This document shows, piece by piece, positions 21,028 through 31,107 of a stretch of 64,000 nucleotides of DNA. Position 1 is the first letter of the stretch; every line of letters begins with the position of its first letter. Where the stretch lies: assembly GCA_014376805.1 (NCBI GenBank), contig JACMQU010000028.1, positions 471 to 64,470 on the forward strand. The letters are read 5' to 3'. The position numbers and the translations under genes were made by a program. The stretch is from Bacteroidia bacterium (GTDB taxonomy: Bacteria; Bacteroidota; Bacteroidia; UKL13-3). Under the pieces are notes generated by a model. The model did no database searches, had not been told where the DNA came from, and saw only the letters and a program-made list of their open reading frames with translations.

Positions 21028-21930
21028 GGCATCACAAGCCCATGATGGAGAAAGGGCATTAATAAAAGCCATAAATTCTTCTAAAGTATTTAACTTTTTT
21101 GTTTTGGCGCAAAGCTGCAGTTTTGCACAATTGAATTGTGCACCGGTTAACAAAATTTTAGAATCCTTCCAGTTCTTAACCATAAAATCTACAAATGCCT
21201 GCTTATCCAGTTCGGCCTGTGAAGCCGTCATCATGGTTAAAATATAATGTGGGTTTTCTTTTTCAAATGCGTTTTTCAGATCTGCAAGCGGCACTTCTTG
21301 TCCGAGGTATAAAACTTCATGTCCGCGAGACCGGATGATATAATTAGCAAATAACAAAGCCATTGAATGCTTTTCATATTCAGGTAAAAATAATAAAAAA
21401 CGTTTGCGGTGTTCTGCATATTTACCTACCTGTGCATCTATAGCAACATATAATTTTTGTTTTATGATATTTGATACAAAATGTTCATGTACGGGTTGAA
21501 TTGTGCCAACCTGCCACAGCATACCAACCTGATTTAAAAAAGGGGAAATGATTTTTATAAAAGTTTCTTCAATCCCGAACTGACATATATAAGTACCTAA
21601 TAACTTATGAAAACAAGCCTCATCAAAACTCATCATTGCCGAAACAAAAGCACAGATGTGAATGTTAAAGTCCTGACTGTTATTGCTTAGCTCGATAACT
21701 TTATCTGTAATCTCTGTCTTACTCATTCTGGCAATTTCAGAAATCTTAAAACCATTCTCATTCAACACCTTAATGTTAAGCAGCGATTTCATATCGCAGT
21801 CGTCATAAAATCGAATGTTTGTTTCCGTACGCTTAGGTTTAACAATGCCGTAACGCTGTTCCCAAATCCTCAGCGTATGCCCTTTTATACCAGTTACGGC
21901 TTCGATATCTTTAATTGAAAATGTTCCCAA
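21016..21930 (-). CDS. MerR-family regulator with C-terminal B12-binding module (CarH/LitR-like)
   Basis: N-terminal MerR HTH: FSIKDIEAVTGIKGHTLRIWEQRYG. W-x9-E-H motif: W139 QVGTIQPVH E149 H150. Rossmann part: FLLFLPEYEKHSMALLF..GHEVLYLGQEVP, an ExHxx[G/A] with His188. Confidence 0.8.
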   Translation of the reverse strand: MGTFSIKDIEAVTGIKGHTLRIWEQRYGIVKPKRTETNIRFYDDCDMKSLLNIKVLNENGFKISEIARMSKTEITDKVIELSNNSQDFNIHICAFVSAMMSFDEACFHKLLGTYICQFGIEETFIKIISPFLNQVGMLWQVGTIQPVHEHFVSNIIKQKLYVAIDAQVGKYAEHRKRFLLFLPEYEKHSMALLFANYIIRSRGHEVLYLGQEVPLADLKNAFEKENPHYILTMMTASQAELDKQAFVDFMVKNWKDSKILLTGAQFNCAKLQLCAKTKKLNTLEEFMAFINALSPSWACDASVT

Positions 21931-22013
21931 AGCGTTAAATTATTTTTGCTTATTTTCTTCTAACATTAGGCTAATTAAAATTGTTTTATTAATTTGTTAT
22001 ATTATTTGCAAAT

Positions 22014-22913
22014 ATGACAAAAATTTTGATAACAGGAGGTACTGGTGCAGTAGGGGTGCAGCTTACCAAATTGCTTAAGGAGCAGGGACATGAAGTTTTT
22101 TGTTTATCAAGGGATCCGCAAAAATCCGCCATCCCGGCTTATAAGTGGGATATTAAAAAGAAAATGATTGACCCTGCATGTCTGTCAGGTATCGATGCTA
22201 TTGTTCACCTTGCGGGTGCCCCTGTTGCTGGTCAAAGGTGGACAAAAGCTTATAAGAAGGAAATTTACGTTAGCAGGGTGCTTTCTACGCGTTTGTTATT
22301 TCAATTACTTGAAACACAACCTCATCACGTTAAAACATTTGTGGCCGCATCAGCAGTTGGAATTTATGGTAACAAAGTTTTACAAAAAGCAACTGAAAAT
22401 TATGCTACTGCCAATGATTTTTTGGCTCGTGTCTGTAAACGTTGGGAAGAAGAATCGCTAACCATAAACCGCTTAAACATCAGAACAGTAATTATCAGAA
22501 CGGGCATTGTATTAAATGCAGATAGTGGCTTTGTATCAGCCATTGCAAAGGTTGCCAAATTGTTTATAGGAGCTCCACTTGCCAATGGAAAAATGCTTAC
22601 CCCTTGGATTCATAAAGATGATATTTGTGGGATCTATATAAAAGCGATTACTGATTTAGCTATGAATGGAATTTATAATGGCGTAGCACCAGATATCTGC
22701 ACAAATAAAGAAATTACCAGCTATATCTGTGATGCTTTGCACCGTCCAATGTGGCCGGTTTCTGTACCTGCATTTATGATGAAATTAATTTTTGGAGAAA
22801 TGGGAATGGTGATATTGGCAAATCAAAACATATCCTGTAAAAAAATAACAGAGGCTGGATATCATTTTAAATATAAACATGCGAAAGAAGCTATTGATGC
22901 CTTACTGAGATAA
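22014..22913 (+). CDS. TIGR01777-family NAD-dependent epimerase-like protein (SDR, C-terminal DUF1731)
   Basis: 299 aa. ILITGGTGAVG Rossmann motif. ..RTGIVL.., PWIHKDD and C-terminal GYHFKY are typical of YfcH-like proteins. Confidence 0.85.
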   Translation: MTKILITGGTGAVGVQLTKLLKEQGHEVFCLSRDPQKSAIPAYKWDIKKKMIDPACLSGIDAIVHLAGAPVAGQRWTKAYKKEIYVSRVLSTRLLFQLLETQPHHVKTFVAASAVGIYGNKVLQKATENYATANDFLARVCKRWEEESLTINRLNIRTVIIRTGIVLNADSGFVSAIAKVAKLFIGAPLANGKMLTPWIHKDDICGIYIKAITDLAMNGIYNGVAPDICTNKEITSYICDALHRPMWPVSVPAFMMKLIFGEMGMVILANQNISCKKITEAGYHFKYKHAKEAIDALLR

Positions 22914-23030
22914 AATAAGATTCCGCAGAAATTATGTATCTTGTATATTTGTTCCTGCTGTTTCCATAAATATATACAGCCGGAACAGGATAGATGATGT
23001 GACGGATTAACGGATAAAAAAGTTTTAATT

Positions 23031-24776
23031 ATGCAAAAAATATTTTTTCTGATATTATTCATTAGCTGTGGGCGCTTAACTTACGCACAAACAAATTATT
23101 ATTTCACAAACGCGGTAGTGCCAGATATCTTAAAAGGGAATTATAATACTGCTTTATATAATAGTTCAACAGCAGCCACTGCTAAATCAACAATAATGAG
23201 TGGTTTGTATAGCGGTGTGAATACTGATTCGCTCTTGTTTTTCCTGAAGCAAATGGCATCATTCACTACCCGCAATACCGGCTCGGATACGGTTTCCAAC
23301 TACATGGGTATAGGCGCAGCGAGAAGGTGGGCTCATCAGCAATTTGAAAGATTCGCAACAACATATCAAAACCGCTTGCAGGTATCCTATTTCCAGTTCG
23401 ATAAAATTATATGTGCTAAAAATCAACATAGAAATATTATGGCAGTTTTGCCAGGTACCGACACCAGTGATAAAAGTTTTATATTGGTGGAAGCACACCT
23501 GGATAGCCGCTGTGAAAATGTATGTGATAGTATCTGCCTTGCACAAGGTATGGAAGATAATGGCAGTGGCTGCGCTTTAGTATTAGAGCTGGCAAGGGTA
23601 CTAAGCATGTACACCTATAAACGTTCTCTTGTATTTATGCTTACCATAGGTGAAGAACAAGGTTTGGATGGGGCAGATGCTTTTGCAAAATATTGCAGAA
23701 CAAATGCACTGACTGTGAGAGCCGTTTTTAACAATGATATTGTTGGCGGGATCATCTGTGGAAAATCAGCTTCCCCACCGGGTTGTCCCGGAGAAAATGA
23801 ACAGGATAGTATCAATGTAAGGATTTTTTCTGCAGGTACTAATAGCTCGCAACATAAAGGTTTGGCCCGTTTTGTTAAACTTGAATTTGAAGAGGAAATG
23901 AAACATTTGCTTAATGTAAAAACAAATGTTAATATAATGAATGCCGAAGACCGCACCGGCCGTGGTGGTGATCACATTCCTTTTAGGCAGCAAAATTATA
24001 CAGCCATAAGGTTTACAAGTGCTAATGAACATGGCGACGCTAACCCACAGGCAGGCTATCAGGACAGGCAACACAGCACCCGGGATGTATTAGGGAAAGA
24101 CTTTAATAACGATGGCCTGATAGATAGTTTTTATGTAAGTACCACTTATTTGCAACGCAACTGCCTCCTTAATGGCACTGCGCTAACAATGTTAGCAAAT
24201 GGGCCAAATACTCCCGATTTTGAACTCATCAATGATGGAAATGGATTAGGCCTTGTGATTAAAAATCCAGTAGCACCTAATAATTACCGCATCGGTTTCA
24301 GAAGTAAAAAAAATGATTTTGATACCCTCTTCACCATTAAAAATCAAATTGATTTTAAAACGTATCAGGTAAAAACAGACAGCATTTATTTTGTATCAGT
24401 TGCAAGGATGGATGATGAAAATATAGAGAGTTTATTTGCAGTTGAAAAATTTGCAAAAGTTTTGTGGGTTCCTCCAGCCGGAGTTCTAAATGTGCAACCT
24501 TTACAAAGAGCTATGCAACTATTACCGGTAAGTCCTAATCCTGTAGATGAGACCATAAGTTTTACGGTGTGGATGAAAGATCCGGGCATTGGGAAGAATG
24601 GGTTGATTGAAGTTTTTGATATGCAGGGAAAGTTAATAAAGCGTTTACCGCTTTCTTTATCCAAAGAGATAAATGAAGTATTGTTTGAACATGGATTTAA
24701 TGCAAAGGGTTTATATTATTGCACACTTTTTGTAGATGGGTTATTAATTGATTCACAAAAGCTTTTTTTTAAATGA
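23031..24776 (+). CDS. Secreted M28-family metallopeptidase with T9SS C-terminal sorting domain
   Basis: Signal peptide MQKIFFLILFISCGRLTYAQ. Zn-ligand regions VEAHLDS, MEDNGSGCALVLELAR, GEEQGLDGA, GGDHIPF. C-terminal LIEVFDMQGKLIKRL..GLYYCTLFVDGLLIDSQKLFFK is T9SS type-A CTD-like. Confidence 0.85.
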   Translation: MQKIFFLILFISCGRLTYAQTNYYFTNAVVPDILKGNYNTALYNSSTAATAKSTIMSGLYSGVNTDSLLFFLKQMASFTTRNTGSDTVSNYMGIGAARRWAHQQFERFATTYQNRLQVSYFQFDKIICAKNQHRNIMAVLPGTDTSDKSFILVEAHLDSRCENVCDSICLAQGMEDNGSGCALVLELARVLSMYTYKRSLVFMLTIGEEQGLDGADAFAKYCRTNALTVRAVFNNDIVGGIICGKSASPPGCPGENEQDSINVRIFSAGTNSSQHKGLARFVKLEFEEEMKHLLNVKTNVNIMNAEDRTGRGGDHIPFRQQNYTAIRFTSANEHGDANPQAGYQDRQHSTRDVLGKDFNNDGLIDSFYVSTTYLQRNCLLNGTALTMLANGPNTPDFELINDGNGLGLVIKNPVAPNNYRIGFRSKKNDFDTLFTIKNQIDFKTYQVKTDSIYFVSVARMDDENIESLFAVEKFAKVLWVPPAGVLNVQPLQRAMQLLPVSPNPVDETISFTVWMKDPGIGKNGLIEVFDMQGKLIKRLPLSLSKEINEVLFEHGFNAKGLYYCTLFVDGLLIDSQKLFFK

Positions 24777-25540
24777 AAAAATTATATCTATCTGGTTTAT
24801 TTGTATTGTTGATCCAACCTTTTTTAATGGCACAGAAAATGGCAGATTCCCTGCCTCAATTTTTTCAGCCATCCGTTCTCATAGAATTATTCTCCTCTGA
24901 AGGATGCAGTAGCTGCCCTGTTGCGGATGCGTTTATGAAAGAAATTCTTGCTATTAGCGATAGCAGCAAAACAGCTGTATATGTTTTAGATTATCATGTT
25001 GATATCTGGAACCGTTCAGGTTGGGTTGATCCATACAGTGATTCAACCTATAGTCTCCGACAGCAAAATTATGTATTTAAAAAGAAATTTGCGGCCATGT
25101 ATACACCAATGGCCATTATTAACGGTGGCAACAAAGACTATGCAGGTTCCGATAAAGGAGGCATAGGAAGAAAAGTTTCTGAACTATTAAACAAACCTTC
25201 AAAACACTTTATCAGAACTGCTGTGGCACCTGCAACTAATGAAGACAGTATCGTAATCGCCTATAATATCTGGGGCAATATAGATTCATGCGATTTTCAC
25301 GCAGTATTGGTTCAACGTGAAATAAAAAACATGGTTACTGCCGGTGAAAATAAAAATAAGGTATTAGAACACCATAATGTGGTAAAAAAGATGATCAGCA
25401 TCCCGTTAAAAATGAATAAGGGTTATGTTAAAATGGGTATCAGCAGAGATCTTAATGTGGAGAGTTACAGATTGATTGTTTTTATGCAACATCGCAGAAC
25501 ATGGGATATAATGGCGTCAGATCAACTGAGTTTCGATTAA
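24773..25540 (+). CDS. DUF1223-family thioredoxin-like protein
   Basis: Signal peptide. ELFSSEGCSSCPVAD motif. Confidence 0.8.
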   Translation: MKKLYLSGLFVLLIQPFLMAQKMADSLPQFFQPSVLIELFSSEGCSSCPVADAFMKEILAISDSSKTAVYVLDYHVDIWNRSGWVDPYSDSTYSLRQQNYVFKKKFAAMYTPMAIINGGNKDYAGSDKGGIGRKVSELLNKPSKHFIRTAVAPATNEDSIVIAYNIWGNIDSCDFHAVLVQREIKNMVTAGENKNKVLEHHNVVKKMISIPLKMNKGYVKMGISRDLNVESYRLIVFMQHRRTWDIMASDQLSFD

Positions 25541-25737
25541 ACGTAAAGATCGTTTCAGGTATAAGATAACTAAATTTTTTTTGAGGATAATTTTAGTGTA
25601 AAAGTACTTGTTATCCTTTTTGCTGAAAATTGTTTATCCCCCTTCATAAATTTATTTTCTCTTAGGTTTTTAACCAGTGGCTTTCATAAAATTTTATCTG
25701 TTATCAAATTGTTAGCAGATAATCCTAAAGCTATCTT

Positions 25738-28317
25738 CTATCTAATGTTTTCCTCAAACTGTTTTAGAACTTGAATTAACCGTTTTTGCGCTGCACTTTC
25801 TTTCCTGACTTTTTCAGTATCAATTTCTTTTCTGATCACGTTAATTATTTTTTGCATTGCTACTGCTTTGTTCATATCACTGCACTGATCATAATACTTT
25901 TGCAAAACAGGTATTGCCTCCAGTATTGTTTTATCATCCCGGGTTTTCAGGTAATTACCATAATTGGTTAAGATCATGTGGCGGTTTAAACCAAATTTGC
26001 CAATTACACTTTTAAAATAATCATTTTTATTGGTGGTTGCTGATTCGCTGTAAATATCAGAAATTGTACGTTGAACAATACCACTTTGCAAATGCTCCAG
26101 TGCCTGACATCTGCTGAGTACAGTGTCGTCATTAAGAGTTTGTATGGCATATAAACTTGCGCTGATAACTATGTAAGAAGAGTCTGTTAAGCATTTATCA
26201 AAGAGTGGTAAATAAGCTGCATTTTTTTTCCGGCCAACTATTTTTATTGATTCATTTTTAACTTTAACATTTAAAGAATGGTTGATAAGATCAACTAATT
26301 TTTTTTCATGCAACACAAACTCTTCCTCATGGTTTGCCAATAAACTTAAGCCGTTCAACTGATAAAATTCTTCCTTTTTGTTCAGTAAAAAGGAGATTGC
26401 GTCATTCAATATGGGTTTTAAACTATCTGCTTTATACAATATCATTTCCCGCATTGCCCGCAATTGGGCAAGGTAAGTCTCCCCATATTTTATCTGATTC
26501 AGGCAGGCCTGTTGAGATTTTTTTTCTTTTACAGATCCTAATAAACCACCGTTTGGATCAAAGTTAAAAAACAGCAAGTCCTTATTCATTACACTTTCAT
26601 TTTCACATTCAATGGCAAGCAGTTGATACTTATTTTGAATGTCCACATTCATTGTTTTAATGGTGGGTATTTCACTTCCATTATTAAAAGCATAGCTTAG
26701 TTTTGCAGGAAACATAAATACCCCAAAACTGCTATCCTGTATCTGTTTAATTTCTACCATCAGCTTATGGTGAGCCTTATCAAAATAGTAGTTCAACTCT
26801 ATTTCAGGATGACCTTTACCAAAGTACCACTGGTTAAAGAATTGTGTGAGGTCTTCGCCACTAGCTTGTTCCATAGCATGGCGCAGGTTATGAATATCGG
26901 CAGTGCCAAATTTATTCTGAAGGAGGTAAAGGTTGAGTCCTTTAAAAAAAGCAGTATCACCTATCTGATTGCGTAACATGTGAATGATCCAGCTTCCTTT
27001 TTGATAACTAACTACATCAAACATTTCATCTGCACTCACATAATAGTTGCGAATGGGTGTAACCTGGTGCTTTATTTTTGAACGCAGGTATGCATCCAGG
27101 TTTTTACTAAACTCCATGTCAGCGTAGAGCTTTCCATAGGTAGCTTCATTCCACATATATTCTCCATAGGTGGCAAAGCTTTCATTTAAGGTAAGATTGC
27201 TCCAGCTCCTGCAAGTAACCAAATCACCAAACCAATGATGAAAAAGTTCATGTACAATAATATCCTCATGCGGGTTATCAAGGTGTTCCCTGGCATTGTG
27301 TTGCACAGCTTCATAATGCACAACAGCTGTAGTATTCTCCATAGCACCACTTATAAAATCGCGGCATACAACCTGGCTAAATTTATCCCAGGGATAATCC
27401 ACACCTGTCAGCCTCGAAAACGTTTCCATCATTTGTGGCGTTTTACCAAAGATCATTTTTGCGTATTGCTCATATTGCGGCTCAACATAATAGGATACTT
27501 CTTTGTTGCGCCACCGGTCTTTTACAATCTTAAAATTACCTATAGCCATCATAGTTAAATATGGCGCATGCGGTTTAAGTTGTTGCCAGTGATCGGTTCT
27601 TAATGAATTTTTTAGATGTGTTGAGCTTAATAACAACCCGTTGCTAAGGCTCACCTCATTTTCCTCAACCGTTATAAACAGGTCCTGAGTATGTTTCTCA
27701 TTAGGTACATCATTGGTAGGAAACCAGCATGAATTATCCTGCGTTTCACCTTGAGTCCAGATTTGCCGGGGTTTAAATGGATCTGTTCCGTTGTGGTTAA
27801 TAAAATAAAGTCCGCGCGAATCTGTAATAGCTTTCCCGCCTTCATTGGTCAATTCAGCGGGTTTGGCGATATAATCAAGAAAGAGAACAAATGTATCGGT
27901 ATAGTTTTTTGTTACGGGTAACTGAATTGTTATTTTTAAACTATCGTAAGTGTACTTTAAGGCTAAAGTGTCTTTATGCTGAACCAAAGCAACCCGGTTA
28001 AGGGTAAAGCCCTTTGCATCTAATATTACACTTTGTAGAGGATGTAAATAGGGTCTGATGGTTAAGGCTGCCTTCCCATATACCCACTGTTTTGCATAAT
28101 CAAAAGAAATTTCAAGATGCGTATGCAAAATATCAATGATTCTTTTCTCTGCCGGGTGGTAGGTAAGCACCGCTGGTTTCTTACGCGGACTCACCACAAC
28201 TTCCTCCAATATTATTTTTCCGGTTGTAACTTGTTTTTGCGTGTCGGGCTTTTTGTTTATTTTGCAAGCCGTAACGGCAAGTAAATAAGATAAAATTATA
28301 AACGTTAAAATTCTCAT
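25738..28317 (-). CDS. M1-family zinc aminopeptidase (aminopeptidase N-like) lipoprotein
   Basis: GAMEN exopeptidase motif, then HELFHHWFGDLVT-x-NESFATYGE (HEXXH-X18-E). I moved the start to the ATG at 28317 (MRILTFIILSYLLAVTAC, a lipobox). The track start at 28488 overlaps the divergent gene. Confidence 0.9.
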   Translation of the reverse strand: MRILTFIILSYLLAVTACKINKKPDTQKQVTTGKIILEEVVVSPRKKPAVLTYHPAEKRIIDILHTHLEISFDYAKQWVYGKAALTIRPYLHPLQSVILDAKGFTLNRVALVQHKDTLALKYTYDSLKITIQLPVTKNYTDTFVLFLDYIAKPAELTNEGGKAITDSRGLYFINHNGTDPFKPRQIWTQGETQDNSCWFPTNDVPNEKHTQDLFITVEENEVSLSNGLLLSSTHLKNSLRTDHWQQLKPHAPYLTMMAIGNFKIVKDRWRNKEVSYYVEPQYEQYAKMIFGKTPQMMETFSRLTGVDYPWDKFSQVVCRDFISGAMENTTAVVHYEAVQHNAREHLDNPHEDIIVHELFHHWFGDLVTCRSWSNLTLNESFATYGEYMWNEATYGKLYADMEFSKNLDAYLRSKIKHQVTPIRNYYVSADEMFDVVSYQKGSWIIHMLRNQIGDTAFFKGLNLYLLQNKFGTADIHNLRHAMEQASGEDLTQFFNQWYFGKGHPEIELNYYFDKAHHKLMVEIKQIQDSSFGVFMFPAKLSYAFNNGSEIPTIKTMNVDIQNKYQLLAIECENESVMNKDLLFFNFDPNGGLLGSVKEKKSQQACLNQIKYGETYLAQLRAMREMILYKADSLKPILNDAISFLLNKKEEFYQLNGLSLLANHEEEFVLHEKKLVDLINHSLNVKVKNESIKIVGRKKNAAYLPLFDKCLTDSSYIVISASLYAIQTLNDDTVLSRCQALEHLQSGIVQRTISDIYSESATTNKNDYFKSVIGKFGLNRHMILTNYGNYLKTRDDKTILEAIPVLQKYYDQCSDMNKAVAMQKIINVIRKEIDTEKVRKESAAQKRLIQVLKQFEENIR

Positions 28318-28360
28318 GATTAAATTGAACTTGCAAGGAAACAAATTATTTGCGTAAAAC

Positions 28361-28858
28361 ATGCTAAACATAAAAGTAAACGAACAGGATTTTATTTTCG
28401 ACCTCATAGCAGGCACTGCGCTATTGAATGGCAAGCCCGTAAATGCAGACACCATTAAACTCGGAGCCGGAAAGTACCATGTGCTCATAGAAAGTAAAAG
28501 CTATTCCATAGAATTGCTCGATAAGACCGAAAATGGTAAAAGTATGTTTGTAAAAGTAAATGGTATTAAACACGAGGTAGCTATTAAGGACAAATATGAT
28601 GCTTTGCTGAACCAACTGGGAATGGATAAATTGACAAATAAAAAATCAAATTCCATTAAAGCTCCGATGCCCGGCATGGTTTTATACATTCACGTAAAAG
28701 ATGGCGATACCTTTAAAAAAGGTGATGCCTTATTAGTTCTCGAAGCGATGAAAATGGAAAACATTATTAAAGCAGATAGTGATGGCGTAGTAAAGCGTGT
28801 TGCCGTGAATGTGAAGCAAGCCGTAGATAAAAATACGTTACTGATTGAGATGGAGTGA
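28361..28858 (+). CDS. Biotin carboxyl carrier-type protein (biotinyl domain)
   Basis: C-terminal APMPGMV..GDALLVLEAMKMENIIKA (biotinyl-lysine motif AMKM). Confidence 0.8.
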   Translation: MLNIKVNEQDFIFDLIAGTALLNGKPVNADTIKLGAGKYHVLIESKSYSIELLDKTENGKSMFVKVNGIKHEVAIKDKYDALLNQLGMDKLTNKKSNSIKAPMPGMVLYIHVKDGDTFKKGDALLVLEAMKMENIIKADSDGVVKRVAVNVKQAVDKNTLLIEME

Positions 28859-28890
28859 AAGTCTTAAACTTAATATATAAAATTTGTGCT

Positions 28891-30240
28891 TTATTTCAAC
28901 CACACTTTTTCATAATAATTTTCATTTGAGATGCTAATCATTAATAAATATAAGCCCGTTGAACCTTTATAAGTTATGGGTACAATTTGATCTGCCGACT
29001 GAATAACCTCTATGGAAGACCACACCAAAGACCCGTTTATATTAAAGAGTTGTAAAGTTATAGCACTTGTGGGAAAGCTTTTAATATTCAAAAAGACACC
29101 ATTGTTATCATACAATAGTTTAATTTTATTTTCATTATGTGTTTTTAAGTTCACCGTTTTAATTTCACTATCACAATTTTTACCATCAAAATCTACCTGA
29201 CGTAACTTGTAATAAATGGTTGTAAGGCTTTTAGAAAATTCAATTTTTTCATCTTTGAATTGATAGTAGTTAATGGTATTTGTTGTTCCATTGCCTTTTA
29301 AATGCACTATTTGTTCGAAATTAATTCCATCAAAACTCCGTTCAAGAATGAAACTTTGATTATTTGTTTCGGAAGAGGTTGACCAGGTGCATAGCACAGT
29401 AATGTGGTTATCGGAATTATCTGCGTTAACATCAAAATTTATCAATTTAACAGGTAACAGACCAAGTGATGAAAAGCTTGTTATAAAAGCATCATAATTT
29501 CCTCCTTCATAAGTTGATTGCTGACCACCTGATGTTGCCATTGATGAAGTAGATGAAGTGAAACCTGTTATTAGTATACTACCTGTTCCATCTTTGGAGA
29601 TGGCCTTAGCTACATCCTCTCCACCACCGCCATAATAAGATTCCCACAGTCGAATTCCGGAAGAATTTAATTTAACAACAAACGCATCCTTACTGCCTCC
29701 TCCATACACATTTTGGTATACACCAAACGTTGCTATTCCGGATGTTGATGAAGTACTTCCTGTTAAATAAAGGTTGCCTGCATCAGATATTATTCCATTT
29801 CCAAACTCATTATTTGAACCACCATAATAGGTGGCCCATTGACGTACACCTGATGAATTAAATTTTACAACGTAAGCATCTAAGCCACCTGCATTACTAG
29901 TTTGTTGAGTGCCTGTTGTGGCAATTCCAGATGAAGATGTTATATTACCTGTAAGAAATATATTTGAGGCAAGATCAAGCGTTATAGCCGCACCGCCTTC
30001 CTGGCCGGTTCCTCCATAATATGTCCCCCATTGAGGTCGCAGGTAATTGTCTGAGAAAGCTGATTTTAAAAGCTTAGAGAAGCCGGATGATTTGCAAATT
30101 TGTAGTGGTTAAACGAATGACCTTCAAAACTAATTTGTCCCAAAATACTTGCGAGGAAAGCGAACAGGCCTTGAGTCGCAGGGAATTTAATTTGGATTGG
30201 CCAGTAAGTCCCGGTAAATTGAATTATAATTAAAACAAAT
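28891..30240 (-). pseudogene. SBBP/beta-propeller-repeat T9SS cargo protein with no intact 5' end (frameshifted or truncated)
   Basis: Repeats YYGG..D.A..I..D..G...(L/I)TG.T.S continue upstream of the track ORF (28891..29709) to a stop near 30108 without any start codon. Further upstream a different frame reads ..GQISFEGHSFNHYKFANH... C-terminal LPVKLINF..W.T.SE.NN..F.ILERSFDG module plus a T9SS CTD (GLYLLMISISNENYYEKVWLK). Confidence 0.6.
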
Positions 30241-30398
30241 TAGTCCAAGGAAGATTTTCACCGTTAATGGATCGAGATAAACCGCATTAATTGATCAACA
30301 AAATTGTTCAAGAGCATCCGCAGTTAAAAGGGCGTTTGTCGAAATAAGGCGTTTTAAAAAGTGATTTCAAGTTTTGTTAACTTTTTGTCTGGGTCGCG

Positions 30399-30719
30399 TC
30401 AAAAGTATTCGTAAGAGTTCGGATTTGTTACTTTGTAGTCGCGGAGTTCAATTTTAAATATTTCTTTGGATTGCTTGTTAACGGCCTGGTCTGCCGATAC
30501 GAAAATTCTCTTTTGCTTCTGCTCAACTGAAATGTATATTTTGTAGATCCTTAATGCGGAATTTATAATTGAATTTTGTGTCCGAATGTTAAGCGTGTCT
30601 TCATTGACTTTTAAAAATGGTTTTGTTGGCATTTCATTTAAGTAAACTCCTCGTTTGCCAATAGCACAACCAATTAGAAAAATTAAAAGTGTCTTGACAA
30701 TTATTTGTTTTGCTTTCAT
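30399..30719 (-). CDS. Small hypothetical lipoprotein
   Basis: 106 aa. MKAKQIIVKTLLIFLIGC lipobox-like signal. No recognisable family. Confidence 0.4.
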   Translation of the reverse strand: MKAKQIIVKTLLIFLIGCAIGKRGVYLNEMPTKPFLKVNEDTLNIRTQNSIINSALRIYKIYISVEQKQKRIFVSADQAVNKQSKEIFKIELRDYKVTNPNSYEYF

Positions 30720-31107
30720 TATTTTTATTTTACAGTTATCATTTTATCATCATATTCTTTCTTTGGTAAGCCACCATTTTCTTTTTGTTGAGCTATGGCA
30801 GATTAATACTTGAACATATTGGATGGCCCTAAATCTTAGCTGTCATTCATAAACACCCGGTAAAATTGAGGTTTTGGTTTAAGCAAAATAATCCGAAAAA
30901 AATTAAACTCAAAAACAAATGTCTCCAGAATTCTAAAAACCCACTGCGCCATAACATCCCGCTAACGTTTGTATGGCTTTGGTGAGTAAACCATAATACC
31001 GTCGGAGCTATAGCGGTTATTTATAAACCAATACAAAATTTAGGTTGTCGTTGTGGACTTCGCCCACCTTCGCTCACCTACGCATTACTTCGGTGAGTAA
31101 AACCCGC

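Noticed and set aside
23259-24664. Cluster of 60-113-aa ORFs antisense to or overlapping the M28 peptidase gene.
   Set aside because: They are fully nested in a well-supported CDS with clear catalytic motifs. I see no independent signals.
28318-28488. 57-codon N-terminal extension of the M1 aminopeptidase ORF, overlapping the divergent biotin-carrier gene.
   Set aside because: The internal ATG at 28317 gives a canonical lipoprotein signal (MRILTFIILSYLLAVTAC). The extension has no signal features and overlaps the neighbour's coding start.
30060-30400. Search for a direct repeat of the tmRNA 3' end (att-like, e.g. GAGAGATTCGAACTCTC) or an integrase fragment at the far edge of the putative island.
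   Set aside because: I found no such repeat by eye and no recognisable recombinase-like translation in any frame. The island boundary therefore remains inferred only.
30981-31101. Two copies of GGTGAGTAAA 111 bp apart in a slightly GC-richer spacer.
   Set aside because: Many 10-mer coincidences are expected by chance in a 64-kb window, and there is no supporting secondary structure or further similarity.
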